Part shown: in pieces, positions 25,031-37,200 of the stretch
How positions within the stretch are numbered: the first letter of the stretch is position 1
Layout: the number at the start of each line of letters is the position of its first letter
Source: Balanoglossus misakiensis
Taxonomy: Eukaryota > Animalia > Hemichordata
Direction: 5' to 3'
Length of the DNA: 64,000 nucleotides
Assembly (NCBI GenBank): GCA_040954595.2
Contig: CM082579.2
Coordinates: 13,083,834-13,147,833 of the forward strand
Notes under the pieces: model-generated
Seen by the model: only the letters and a program-made list of their open reading frames with translations
Told to the model about the DNA's origin: nothing
Databases searched by the model: none
Program-made: the position numbers and the translations under genes

Positions 25031-27335
25031 GAAATATATGCGTCGATTTTTTCTGTTTTCACTTCTTTATTTCCGTTACATCGAGACAAAAAAATGGTGA
25101 TAATTTTACAGTCATTTACCACTTCTGTGTGACCTAAACAGCAAGTTTTCGTGAGTACTGCTGAGAGCACCCGAGGGGGTGTGTCACTGTGTACGTTGAC
25201 TTCGGCAACGGTCACCCAACGTCAAAAGACAGCGTAGACAAAGCGAACACAATAGGTGTGAATGGGCTTAAGAGGCAGTCCTAAGTCCTTCTCTTTTTAC
25301 GTCCATGGTTAGAGCTACCAGTAGGTGCTAAAATATCTGAACGTCAGGCATTCTGGCAATCCAGCAATCCCGCTCACCAATTTGCTATTCATCTGGTATG
25401 ATTCTGAACAATTTCTTAGAAGAATATTTGAAACCAAGCGGATTTTGTCTCATATGTCATAAATATATAATTACACTCGGTTTTTTTAATCTGCGAAAAG
25501 AGAATACGGGTTTCACTTTTCGATAGTTAGAGGTAGTAATTAACGCTGAAATGCGGTATTATAATATAATTATTCATTATCTCTGAAACTTTAAATCGGG
25601 GAGGCCTTGTATATTTCCTGTTAGAGACTTCAGATTCTCGGATGTCAGATTTTGGATGGTTTTGATTCGTTTAAATGAGAAGGAAGGAATATTATAATAC
25701 CTGCATTAATTTCGCATTGACAGCGATATCTGGAGCTCTGAAGATACCCACTAGCTAGTAATTATCCTGGGTTTTCGTTTCAGACCATTTGTCTCAAATC
25801 TTTTGAGACATCATCATCTGTACCTAATTTCCTTTGGACACTTCCTTCCCTGCTATGGCAACTGCTTCTCAAATTCGTTCACCCGATCTTTTGGCTTCGA
25901 CGCTGAAGTCACGGTGGGCTATCTTTCTTGTACAAGACATGGAGATGACTTCAATGCATTGTAAGAATCTTGTTCGCGTGTATTTTTTTTCAGATTTCGG
26001 TTATACTACACAATATATTCTTATTTTCTGGGAACACTTACTTCAGATATACGAATAGAATAAATCAAGTCCTCGAACCTTTCTGATATCAACTTAGCGC
26101 TGCTGAATTCGAAAACAGGCTTTACAGAGTCCAATTGAATGTGTTTTCATGAAAGACCTAATCTATACAGACGATATTGTCTAATAAGTCCCTCTGACAC
26201 CCTGTTGATTCTTTAGGGATACTTGTTATTGCTTCTGCATGGCTGATGGGTGGAGTAAAATCACATTTGTTGACAACAAGAAAAGTCGAGGTTTTAATCG
26301 GGTTTTGCCCTTGGGCCATGATTTGTACACAAGATGATGTGGGCTTTGAACACCGTATTAACAGAGACGATGTCAATGAGGATATTCTGTCTACTACATG
26401 TATACTTGTGATTTTCTATTAAGGCATGCTGTTACCGATTTATGGAGACCATGACATTGTTCCATATAAACAGCTGAGTCATCACAAATGGGATGTTTCC
26501 ATATTGTTTTCACACCCCCACAGAGGAATAGGGTTCACGGCGGTCCACATGTAACTTTACCGATTCGGGCAGTGTTGGACTACTGATATTTAAAGTTGAG
26601 TAAACCATAGACAGTCTATGCGTAAAGGTGGGGGGACTGCGTGCACTAGTATGAATGACGCCCTCATAGTTGAACACGTCCTTGCGGTTGTTTTACAAAC
26701 ATTTGCAAACCATCCATAAGGATAAAAGTGACGAACAAAAAACTGAAGATTGACAAAGTTTGAAAAACAGTTTCCTTTATTCTCTTAAATGTAATGTTCT
26801 GAAAACACTGAAAAAAATATTTATGTGAGTCCTTTAAAACCTCGCACATTATAAGAGTTGGAAGTGCATGTAGCTAAGTTGATTACCCACTGATCCAAAA
26901 TTCTCATAAGAATAAGACAACTATATATATATCAGAATGTGAACATTGTGATCAGATTTGGCAGAGGATATCAAACAAACTAATATGGCAGTTGGTTCAT
27001 ACTCCCTTGTCCCTACCCCAGTTAACCTAAAATACCAAGGCACAGTTCCTCAATGAAGGGTGAACTTTGCTGAATATACTTTGGGGAAGCACCCCATTTA
27101 TGTCTGCCCATTTACCACCCTTCACAAAATCAATCATCAAAATCTTTGACTTTGATAAAGGCATATATATCACAAAAAATGAATATTTCAATTTATGCAC
27201 CAATGGAAATTGTTGTTCAAAAACCTGCAATTGTAGTAAGTTAACATCTAACATGAGTTAATTGCGATTAGATTTGAATAAAGGCATGCTCTGAAGACCA
27301 AGTAGCCTGCGAGAGAGATTTGTACTGTCACCTTT

Positions 27336-29888
27336 TCACATCCTCTTGGTGTTGAATAATTCTTTGGATTGGTAAAGTCCTAGAGCATATGCATAGACTC
27401 TGGAATCGATGACAACATCCTCTTTTTTGGCCAAGTCTGAAACATGACAAGAGATAGTTTTTGATGCAGGTCTTTCCAAGGTCATTATTTATGACACCTG
27501 TGGTACATTCAGATTTTCTAAGAATTTTCTTTCTCTCGTCAATTTTCGCACTTACAGAAGGGGTGAGTGAAACCTGGGTATCTGCGGGGATATCAATATG
27601 AGACACCATCAAGATATTTGCATGTGACAACAAAAATACACATTCAAGCTCCATGTCAAATTATTCCTACCTTGTAATTGGAAGACGAGTCGATGGATTG
27701 GAAGCAGAAGAACTTCTATTGATTCACCCTCATCTGAAAACAACAGTAGCATATCAGTCTTTTTTCATGTGTATTTCGTAAATTTATAACCAGGTCATAC
27801 ACAGAAAATACTGAGTGATGTCTATCACATGGTTTATATGTTGATGTACCTACCTGTATTCTGACGAGGCTTTTCATTCACAGGATCATCACCATCAATC
27901 TGAAAATATAAACCAGTATGTGCTGTCACATCATGATTGGTCCAATGACTGCTATATACATGAATAGTGGTCATCGTAGATGGCTTCATAATGGTCATCT
28001 CACTTGGAGAACACTGCCAGGTGGTATCAGGGAGTTTATCAAACAGGCTTCAAAAGATCACGACAAAATTCGTTTTTCTCAAAGTTTTAATGGCAGGTGG
28101 GTAACTTACTTGCATTGAAACTTGAGCCACATTACAGTTAGAAACACCAGGATCGAGAGCTGTAGCTGGAATAAATAAAACACACTATATCAGTACAGTA
28201 AGCTGGATAACTCCTCAGATGCATGGAAGTGACTGTGTGAATGACAAGTATCCAAGAAATGCACAGCTCTCACTGCCACGTAATTTACTTATTCCAAGAG
28301 AGTGTATAATACAGACAGCTGTGTGACCTTTATTCCTACATGTATTCGATTCATAAAAATGCATGCCTACCAGAGCCAACATGTGTGACTGTGGCAGTAT
28401 ACCCCGTTTCCTCCTTCATTTCTCTCAATGAAGTCTCTTCTAATGTTTCATTGGCATCAACAAGACCTATCAACATAAAAATAAAGGATCACTTTGCATT
28501 ATGGCATATGGCAGCAGAATTCAAATTATTTCTCATCTCCACCAAGATGCCTTATATGTTACATTACTGTACTCTGTGATCGTCCAAAACGCAAACTCAA
28601 CAGAATGGAATGGCCAGTTCCTTCCTTGTTCTACTGCATTTCAAAGGAACAGGTATATCATAACATGGATGTTAACCTTGAAAAATTATGATGTTGTCAG
28701 TCTGGCCAAACACTTTGCATGCCATGATATAACAAAGTGTTACATGACATGACATCACAATAAAAACACTCAAGTGTTCCTCCTTTGAACCAGCTATGGT
28801 CACCAACTGCCACATAAACATACCTGCTGGAAACTCGATGGTGTAAGACTTCATGGCTGGTCTGTACTGCTTTACAAATACCATGCAATCATAATGTAGA
28901 ACTCGTTTCAATACTGCTACCATACACACTGCTGCAATAAAGGCATCACAAAAATGTGGAAAATAAGGGTTTTCCAATCTAGTAGGAAGATAATCTTTTT
29001 TTACTCTCAATCTGTGATATAATGATTCACAATGGCGGCACATTTTATATTTACCATCAACTTTGACATGTTCCCTTCTGGTTGTCCTTTCCACTGTTTC
29101 CCAGGTCCTGTCTTTGCCTCTTGCATCTCTGTACGTGGTCTTATTCAGAGACAGCCATTTACCAGTACACATAGGCTGCATAAACACAAACATGTCCATT
29201 AAACTATTAGACTATTGAGGTTAGCGAATCAAGACATTTCCAGGCACCAAGAATCTTATGAGGTTTCCCCTTCCTGGCCATTTTAATTCAGTTACTACAG
29301 CCTTAGTGTACAGGTTTTCTTTTTAGAAGCTAAGCATGCAGTTTTAGAGATCACAACTCCTGATTTTATTATTATTAATAACCACTAAGATAGATATGCC
29401 TTATGGACAATTTGACATATTTTTATGGAATGGCATACAATTCTTTTCACTATTACAAATGGTGTTCATCCTCTACTGTCAAATTACTTTTATACATTTC
29501 AGTTTTTATTTTGATTACTACTAGCTGGGGTTGTATGAATGAACAAGTCTGCACTGGTTATTAAAAGTTCCAGGCATATGTTAGGTTGCAGAATTTAGCT
29601 GACATGGTGATTTTTTCAGAAAAGACCAGCTTCCCCTTCACTTTTGAATTCACACTGGTATTTTTGTGCAATGCTGCCACAATGTGCTATTTCAGTATTT
29701 GTAAACATACATATGTACAGACTGGCACGCTCAGTTTACCATGTGCGTGTGACGCCCATATGGCCTGGGGGTATCTCAACACCGTATCACTGTCCTAATT
29801 ATCACCTCTTGTGTCCTAATTATCTCACCTCTTGCTTTAAAAACTCGCACTTCTTATTCGCCGCATCGCTGTTCATATTGTTGTTCAT
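27336..29888 (-). CDS. NUDT5: ADP-sugar pyrophosphatase NUDT5, ~216 aa; exons 29888-29829, 29175-29055, 28931-28824, 28466-28371, 28165-28110, 27899-27854, 27733-27671, 27436-27336
   Basis: GKWLSLNKTTYRD...RTWETVERTT, VKQYRPAM..YTIEFPAG, Nudix box GLVDANETLEETSLREMKEETGY, DPGVSNC and IDSRVYAYALGL. All introns GT-AG and frame-preserving. Confidence 0.92.
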
Positions 29889-30068
29889 TGTTACTGTATA
29901 ACTGTCAAAGGCGGAGACCAGGCTGCGATTGGACTTGGCAGTTGGAATAAGAATGTTGACTGTGAATGTGATAATGATGATATTGCAACAATAGGTTGCA
30001 GAAACTTGTATGGCTTCTGGAAGCCCCTTTTCAGATTTAGACAATTCCTGACCGATGCGTATCCCCTG

Positions 30069-30737
30069 TTAATTAACAAATAGCAGTATTCTGTTTTGAT
30101 AGTTTTCCGATTCTCCGAAACGACTGATGCGAACTGATTGCGTGTCGACTACGTCAATCTCCACGCCGTAGAATTTGGACAAAATGGAAACTTCAATGGC
30201 GCCACCCCAGGTTTCATCGCTCATAATCCATGCACAATATTCATCATTATCCCTGCCGAGAAACGCTGTATTGTATGTACTTGGATCGTCAGCCACAACA
30301 CGAGCGATAAGTTTTCGGAGTTCTCCAGCTCTACCAGGAGACGCCTGTCCTTGTTCCAACAGCAAACTTATGCTTGTGAATAAACAGGAGTTGTCTGCAT
30401 CGACCGATAGTTTGATCAACTGGCCACCGATTGTACTTTTTCCAGTTTTAGTAGCATGATGAGGAATAGATTTAGCTGGTCCTTCCGAGGGCTTTTCTTC
30501 CACAAGTATAGTATCTCCGGATCGAAATGGTAAAGTTTCCAGGGAAGCATTTCTGTCTGAAAGATCTAGGACTCTGGGAGGATATCCGTATTTGATTACT
30601 TGTGATTCAACAGGGACTCCAGAAAGTGTTGATAGCTTGTGCAACAGGGTACCAACACTTGAATGCAGAGTCAAATTTTCAATCAGCTTTCTTCCATTCT
30701 TTGACTGACACCGTAGATGTAAACGGCGATCTCCCAT
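30069..30737 (-). pseudogene. YOD1: OTU1/YOD1 deubiquitinase, truncated before the His loop and zinc finger
   Basis: UBX-like N-terminus (LRCQSKNG...GYPP...SGDTILVEE), OTU motifs DNSCLFTS and WGGAIE. The ORF ends RILLFVN* where orthologues continue YDGIHYD. Confidence 0.85.
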
Positions 30738-31211
30738 GATGATGTTATTTGGGAATTACGGTAGTCACTGCATTCTGCAAAATAAAGGAGGCAAGCAGTA
30801 AATAATGAGGCAGCTTACATAGTCTGTGATATTGTTTACAAACTGACTTTATTAGGTCAGTCACTGTCATCTGCTGTACTGCAGCTTCCTGTCGCAAATG
30901 TAGTATGAAAACGTCTTTTTTTCATAGATAAAAATATCGGTCCTTCTAAAGATTGATACTCACTAAATTTTGACCAAAAGCAGATGGTGAAATACGGGAA
31001 TGTTGATTAGATCGGTGAATAAATGGAGCCCGACGACTAGCCGGTCTTGTCAACAAGTTTTTAGCTTCTCAACAAAACCTTACATGACCAACAACCATTG
31101 TTATTGTTGACAAATATATTCAAGTCCACACTTAATTCGATTTTCAACTGTAACAAAAAGGCAGCTATTAGGGGCTTTTATACAACATTTATACTGAGGG
31201 TAATCAAGTAC

Positions 31212-34200
31212 CTGATCATCAGCAAGCAACTTCAGATACTGATCGAATGTAGACCTTGGAAACTTGAGTTCTTTGGGCAAAGCTGCATAGATTTCATGGC
31301 TAGACATTGGTGTTGTGAGCAAGGCCTTTGGGTCTGTAGTCACTTCACTGATGCGTAGCATTGTCCGTACAACTTCCCCTGCTATCTATTGTGTAGGAAG
31401 AGAAATCAATGGCTCTCATAATACAATGTATACAGCAAAATTTGTCGACAAGCGGGATGGAAGGTGTGTGTGGTCCACCGTTGATTCACTATATATCCAC
31501 ATGTAGAATATCACAAACGGTGTCTTGTATCAAACATAATAAGTGGAAAAATGGACAGCCTGAGAGAGACTTTGTCCCAATAAAGGACAATACTAAATTG
31601 TTGGATTTCAGTGATTTGTCATGCATTTCATTTTATTCTGAGAGCATGTTGAAATACTCAAAATATTTCGTGCAAATACCAACCGTAAATGTACCGTTAA
31701 AGTCATATTTGTAGACGCAGGTTTTTTAACAAAGTTGCAATATTTCGACTGCTACAATGATCCTGAAATCAGGGTGCGTCTAATAATATGGAAGTATGCC
31801 AAGTTTCAAAACAAACTTTTTCTGTTCTCAGGAGAAGACATCGCCAAAAATCAGGTCATAAAGAAAGTACTTCCCAGTATGCAATCATACACTTCTACTC
31901 CTGCTGCATGACTTGTGTTCTTTGCTCAAAGGTCTGAAGCCTATTCCTCATACAGTTCAAAAATCGTTTTATTCATACAAAGTTTGAGTTTTTGATATTT
32001 TCAAGTGTCATGTCTTGTCCGTATATTCACCCCATAATGTAATCTGAGACTTAGCTTCTACTTCCACATAAACAATGTTGCAAATTACGTTACATGCCCA
32101 TTGATAAAATCAGACGCACTGTCTGGGTCAACACCATCTGGGTCAACTACGTCTGAAGCCATGTGTCAATGGGTGACAAGGCATCAAATGTCAAAGTGAC
32201 AGCCATTGAAAACTTCAACCAATCAGAGTAAATGATTTTAGAGGATAATTAATGAGAGGTCAACTACATGTCAAAGTGTATTCATATGTTAATTTCATGC
32301 ATGTTTCATGGACGTTGCGTTGACCAGCTGAGCAATTATAGGCAACTGAGACAATGGAAAAGACGTAGACCCAGCAGGGAAGCGTTAAATTGCGGGTTGC
32401 GGGCTGCGGGTTGCGGGTCGCCGATTGCGGGTCGTAAAATATAGTTGTGTTTTGATAATGAAAGAATAATAATATTATATGTCAACAGAAACGATCAAAT
32501 GATTGCCTCCCAGAAGTTCAATTTACGCGATTTGCGCCACAACTCCGGCAGCGGACTTTGACCCTCACACTCACTACTGTGTGCGCGGCCTCATTAGCAT
32601 AAATTAATCGGCCATAATCCCAGTCACTTCCAGCGGTAGTACTCGCTGAAATACGTAAACACTGAGTCCAGTGAGTTTTTCACGAAATGAGTTTTGGGAC
32701 CAGAAATAATCAGAGTTCAGGCTTGTATAGGTCGTTTTATTGAATTACGCTCACTTTGCTTTCTGTTGCCGTTCAAATGTCCCTACACAAGTCGGGTCGT
32801 TGCAACTACACGATATAGAATGGGGTTTGCCTGCAGCTAGCTGTCCATGGGAGTAATCTGCATGGAAACCATGTCGATCCGAACATATCAGCATTTAATA
32901 TCAGATCATTTCACAACCACAACGTGACACAGAGATGCATTCGATCATCGCTGCGATTTTTATTCTGATTTTATTTTTATTCATTGTCAGCCTGCAGCCC
33001 GCAGCCCGCAACCCGCACATTAATCCCTTTCGACCCAGCAATTATGGGCAGTTGAGACAATGGAAAAGACGTAGTTGAAACAATGGCAAAGAAAATCACT
33101 GTTAGTCAGTCTTCTGTTAGTCAGTCTTCTGCATTGAATGAAAGGGGGCTTGTCCTCCACCATGCTGAAAGCAGGGTGCGTCTAATAATATGTACTTTTC
33201 CGTTTTTCCAAATCTTTGAATTTGTGACATTGCAATCAGCTCAGAAAAGGGGTGCGTCTATAAATACGGATGCGTCTACAAATATGACTTTAACGGTAAT
33301 TGCCTATGTCATTGTTGGGAAATATAGTATTGAATTCAGTTAACAAGTACATGTATCAGTGTTTTTGTCTGAGATATTTCTGGTAAAAAGGGAAAAATAG
33401 AATCTCACACCCCCAAGGATCTGGGATCGTATTTCTCACACTCGTAGGGGATATTTTTGTTAAGAAAGGGAAATTAATTCATGTAAGCATTCTAGCATTT
33501 TCCTTCAGTTGGCTGCCTATCTGTCCTTTGAAAATAAACAATCGCACGAAAAAACTGTTTCATGGCAGTTCGAAAATAATCTGCGCTCCTGTTAGAAATT
33601 AGCAATGTTTTTTGTATAATCAACAGGTACTTCGTAAAGCTTGCGCAATCAATCCGTCAACATCCATGATTTATCACCAAAGTTTGTTTAACTTCCCCCT
33701 CATACACTTTTGAAGGTTCCAGCTTGCAGGTCGAACAGACACAAACATTCAGCTTTTAAATGATATTTGGCTTGCTTCTAGCTGTATTTTCTCACTTGTG
33801 GCGTTGTCACGGATACGATACTTAGGGGTTATTACACGAATTTTGGTAGATTACGTGTCGTATTAACCCCTTTATCATACATGAAATTTGAACCGGGCCC
33901 CTGGGATCATGGCAGCAGCCTATAGACAAGTGAGACAGGGCGATGCGATCAGGTGATCAATGTGTAGGCCGTAGTATTATTCTAAGGGGGTTGGCAGCTT
34001 TCATTACGATGGGCACATCCCCATTCTAAATAAAATTGTCCAGTACGTTCTGTTTCAAAATATCATGTTAACAATTATTTCACATTGAGAATTCTGCAGA
34101 AGTAAAAATGATACATTCAACATGGCAAAACCGCCAGCTTAGAAAACTTTATTACAGCTTCTAATAACCGAATTTTACAACACCCCTCTCCACTAGAGTT

Positions 34201-37200
34201 CTATGCCCCGTATGTCGTTCGCGCGCACAGCGAACTGTCGCGCCGATCACTGAGTCATGCTGTGTGATGATTTCAGCCCGTTCTCAAAAATACTTCGAGA
34301 CACGGACGTTATATTTCACTCGATGAAATACCGTATATCTTCAATGCGAGAACAATAGAAAGTGCCAAATACAGGCGTTGCATATATGATAATTATGAAA
34401 TGTCCTTCATTCATTCATTAAGGTGATGGGGAGGGGGGTTTTAGTTACTACAATTTTCCGTTTGTTTTTATTAAAGCAAAAACAAAGAATCAAGCAGCAT
34501 TTGGCCTCTCACTTTCGTAGTTACCTTATTCTTATTCGATTTGATTGATTTACTCCAATAATCTGACTGATGCATGAAATCAGAGGCAAACATTACTCAA
34601 CATCTATAGCCAAACTGCAACATTGTTCATTATTTCAGATGTCAACAGTAAGTTTTTTTACACTTTTGAACTTTCATAACATAACACATTAAAACACGGT
34701 AATTAAATGTTAATCCGAGTTGACATCAATGCTTTTACGGTAATCAAATGATTTTAATTTGTTACATGCTAAAAGAATTTCTTGTACCAAACAGATTTTT
34801 TTTATAAAATCATAACTTTCGCCATGTAGTCACCATATCACATCTGACTGGTACAACCCACTGAGATTGAAATGCCCACCACCCCCATAATCTCTGAATG
34901 TTGAAAAATTCATATTGTTTTCACTACTCAGACAGATTAAACCACAGCTAAATGGGGATGAACATGTCAAATGATGACTCACTTTATCTACTCTTGCAGC
35001 TACAGCTTCAATGACAATCTGATCACGGATGTGTTGATGGAATCTCTCATGATTGACTGACCAGTAGATACCATTATCTGCAGCAACCTGGAGGCAGAAA
35101 ATAACCACATGATGGTTTAACAGTGACAATACTTCCAAGACACCCTCATACATTGATAGGCAAAAGTAAATAGCCAAACATTTTATTTGTGTCACTGGTG
35201 TTTGGTTAACAGCATTGTCTCATTCTCGTGAACCAGAGCCATCAATTTCCACTCGGGGAAAAGAAGGCTCTGGTATATTATGCAGGGAAAGTCTCTATTT
35301 AAGACGAGCGCAAAGTGGGCGTGTCTATTATCACTCATTAAGTATTCAAAATGGCTGACAACGTTCTCGAGTGTCCAGAAAATTACGGGTGTTAAACAAA
35401 AATTACAAGTGTCCAACACGTAAAATATCCAGCGAGCTGAGCTTTTAACAAAGCTGACATTTAATTATCTTACTCGCTGTGTCAAATCCAAAAACCCACA
35501 AGAAAATTTTACAAAAATTAACACGGAAAAAAACAACAACACTTGAAATCACCAGCCCGCTGCAAATTGCAGGGCGATACCTATGGAATTGACCAAAATT
35601 TGACAGATCATGGTTGCTAAAAATGGTTTAGATGCAATATATGCACACATTCAGCAAGCAGCGAAACCTGCAGATTCCCAGACGATAGGCTCTGACTAAC
35701 AAACCTCAAGCAAATGACAAGAAAACCGTAATATCTCAATGACTTTCAGTCTGCGACTAATGACCCCAAAATGTTATGAACTTGTGAATACACCAACCAG
35801 TGGGTGTTATTTAGTGCACGTGATATGCTAAATAGCGTTACTACTTCTATGGCGCCATGGTAACGTAAACAACATGCGTCAATCTCCCGCCAAGAAAGGC
35901 CTGCAGGCTCCACACTTAATAAGTTAATTGCTCAAAATTTATTCATTACATCCAAGTTAGTTGTAAATAAATATCTGAATTTTTATATGTCAAGAAAGGG
36001 GCATTGGTATCCTTGTGTCAGAGACTGACCCATGTGATTACAATACACACATGAGGGGTAATTCTGCGTGGTTAATCGCCGTTCTTACAGAAGTCAGAGG
36101 AAGGAAATATGCGTTTTTGTTCCACATGAATCTTTTTTTCACGGTTGGGCTCTATTTTCTCTGATTGTGGGCCTGATACATAACTACGAGCATTTCCCTT
36201 GAAATTGGTGTTCAATTCACAAAACTGTTGACAAATGACATGGTGCATGCATCCACACGAGGTATCAGTGTTCGATCGGTGTGATTACGAAATAACAACA
36301 TGTATAGTAAGTATTTTGGGCACTGCGGACGGTCGTATCTGATAAATGATTGATTGAAGGCCCACAAACGTTTATAACCAAAATATCAACAAACCACGTT
36401 TTATGCCTCACTTCATGTGACTGGATATTTTTATAGAGGCTTAGCACAAGCAAAAATAGGTTCGTACATTGTGTGATAGCTGTAAGGACGTGTATAATCT
36501 ACTATAGTGCAAGTCTACTTGTAATTCCCCTGACTGGTTCAACAGTCTTTGTGATCTGCTGAGCCCTAGAATCCACTGCACTCCGGGAAAACAGGGAGTC
36601 ACAGTTTGTAATCCCATATTGTACTTTTAGGAGCTGTACATACAAGTAGCTGACATGTTTAGCAGACTCAACCCCTTCTCAAACAACGGAGTTCTCTTAG
36701 AGTTTGGCTTCTGCATTCACAATCAGTACCTGACTGACTGCATTATGACACAGCTGGATATAAAATATTTCCCGGTGGATTTTTCAATTCACATACCTTT
36801 CATCTGTATACACTTGACAGAGAGTGAGGTCTTACCTGACGTAAGCTCTGTTATCTTTTTTGGCTTATATCCTCATACAATAAAGCCCCAAAAGCTGCCA
36901 CATTTAGCATATTTTTAATGATACTAAAGTATACCAATCTTCTTATCTTTACCCCATAGACTATACTATTTTGCATTTGTGGAGATTTCAATACCCATGA
37001 GCACATACCAAGATAGTCGTGTACTCTTGCAAGGGGCAGCCAAATAAACAGGTGTGTCACCCCTTTATTATTTAACTTGTTCATATTTAAATATACAGCC
37101 TTAATAATCTGAGGTCGATAGTTTGTCTGTATACCCACCAGCTAGCTCAATTAAATGGACCAATTTTGAAAGGAAAATCATGAAAACAAATGCAAAAACA

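Noticed and set aside
22833-25317. Single TIR element bounded by TAGCTCT...AGAGCTA
   Set aside because: Only ~8 bp of inverted match, and GPCR sequence does not clearly resume on the right.
25320-26400. Possible decayed minus-strand coding remnant
   Set aside because: Many stops in the frames I checked and no motif I could assign.
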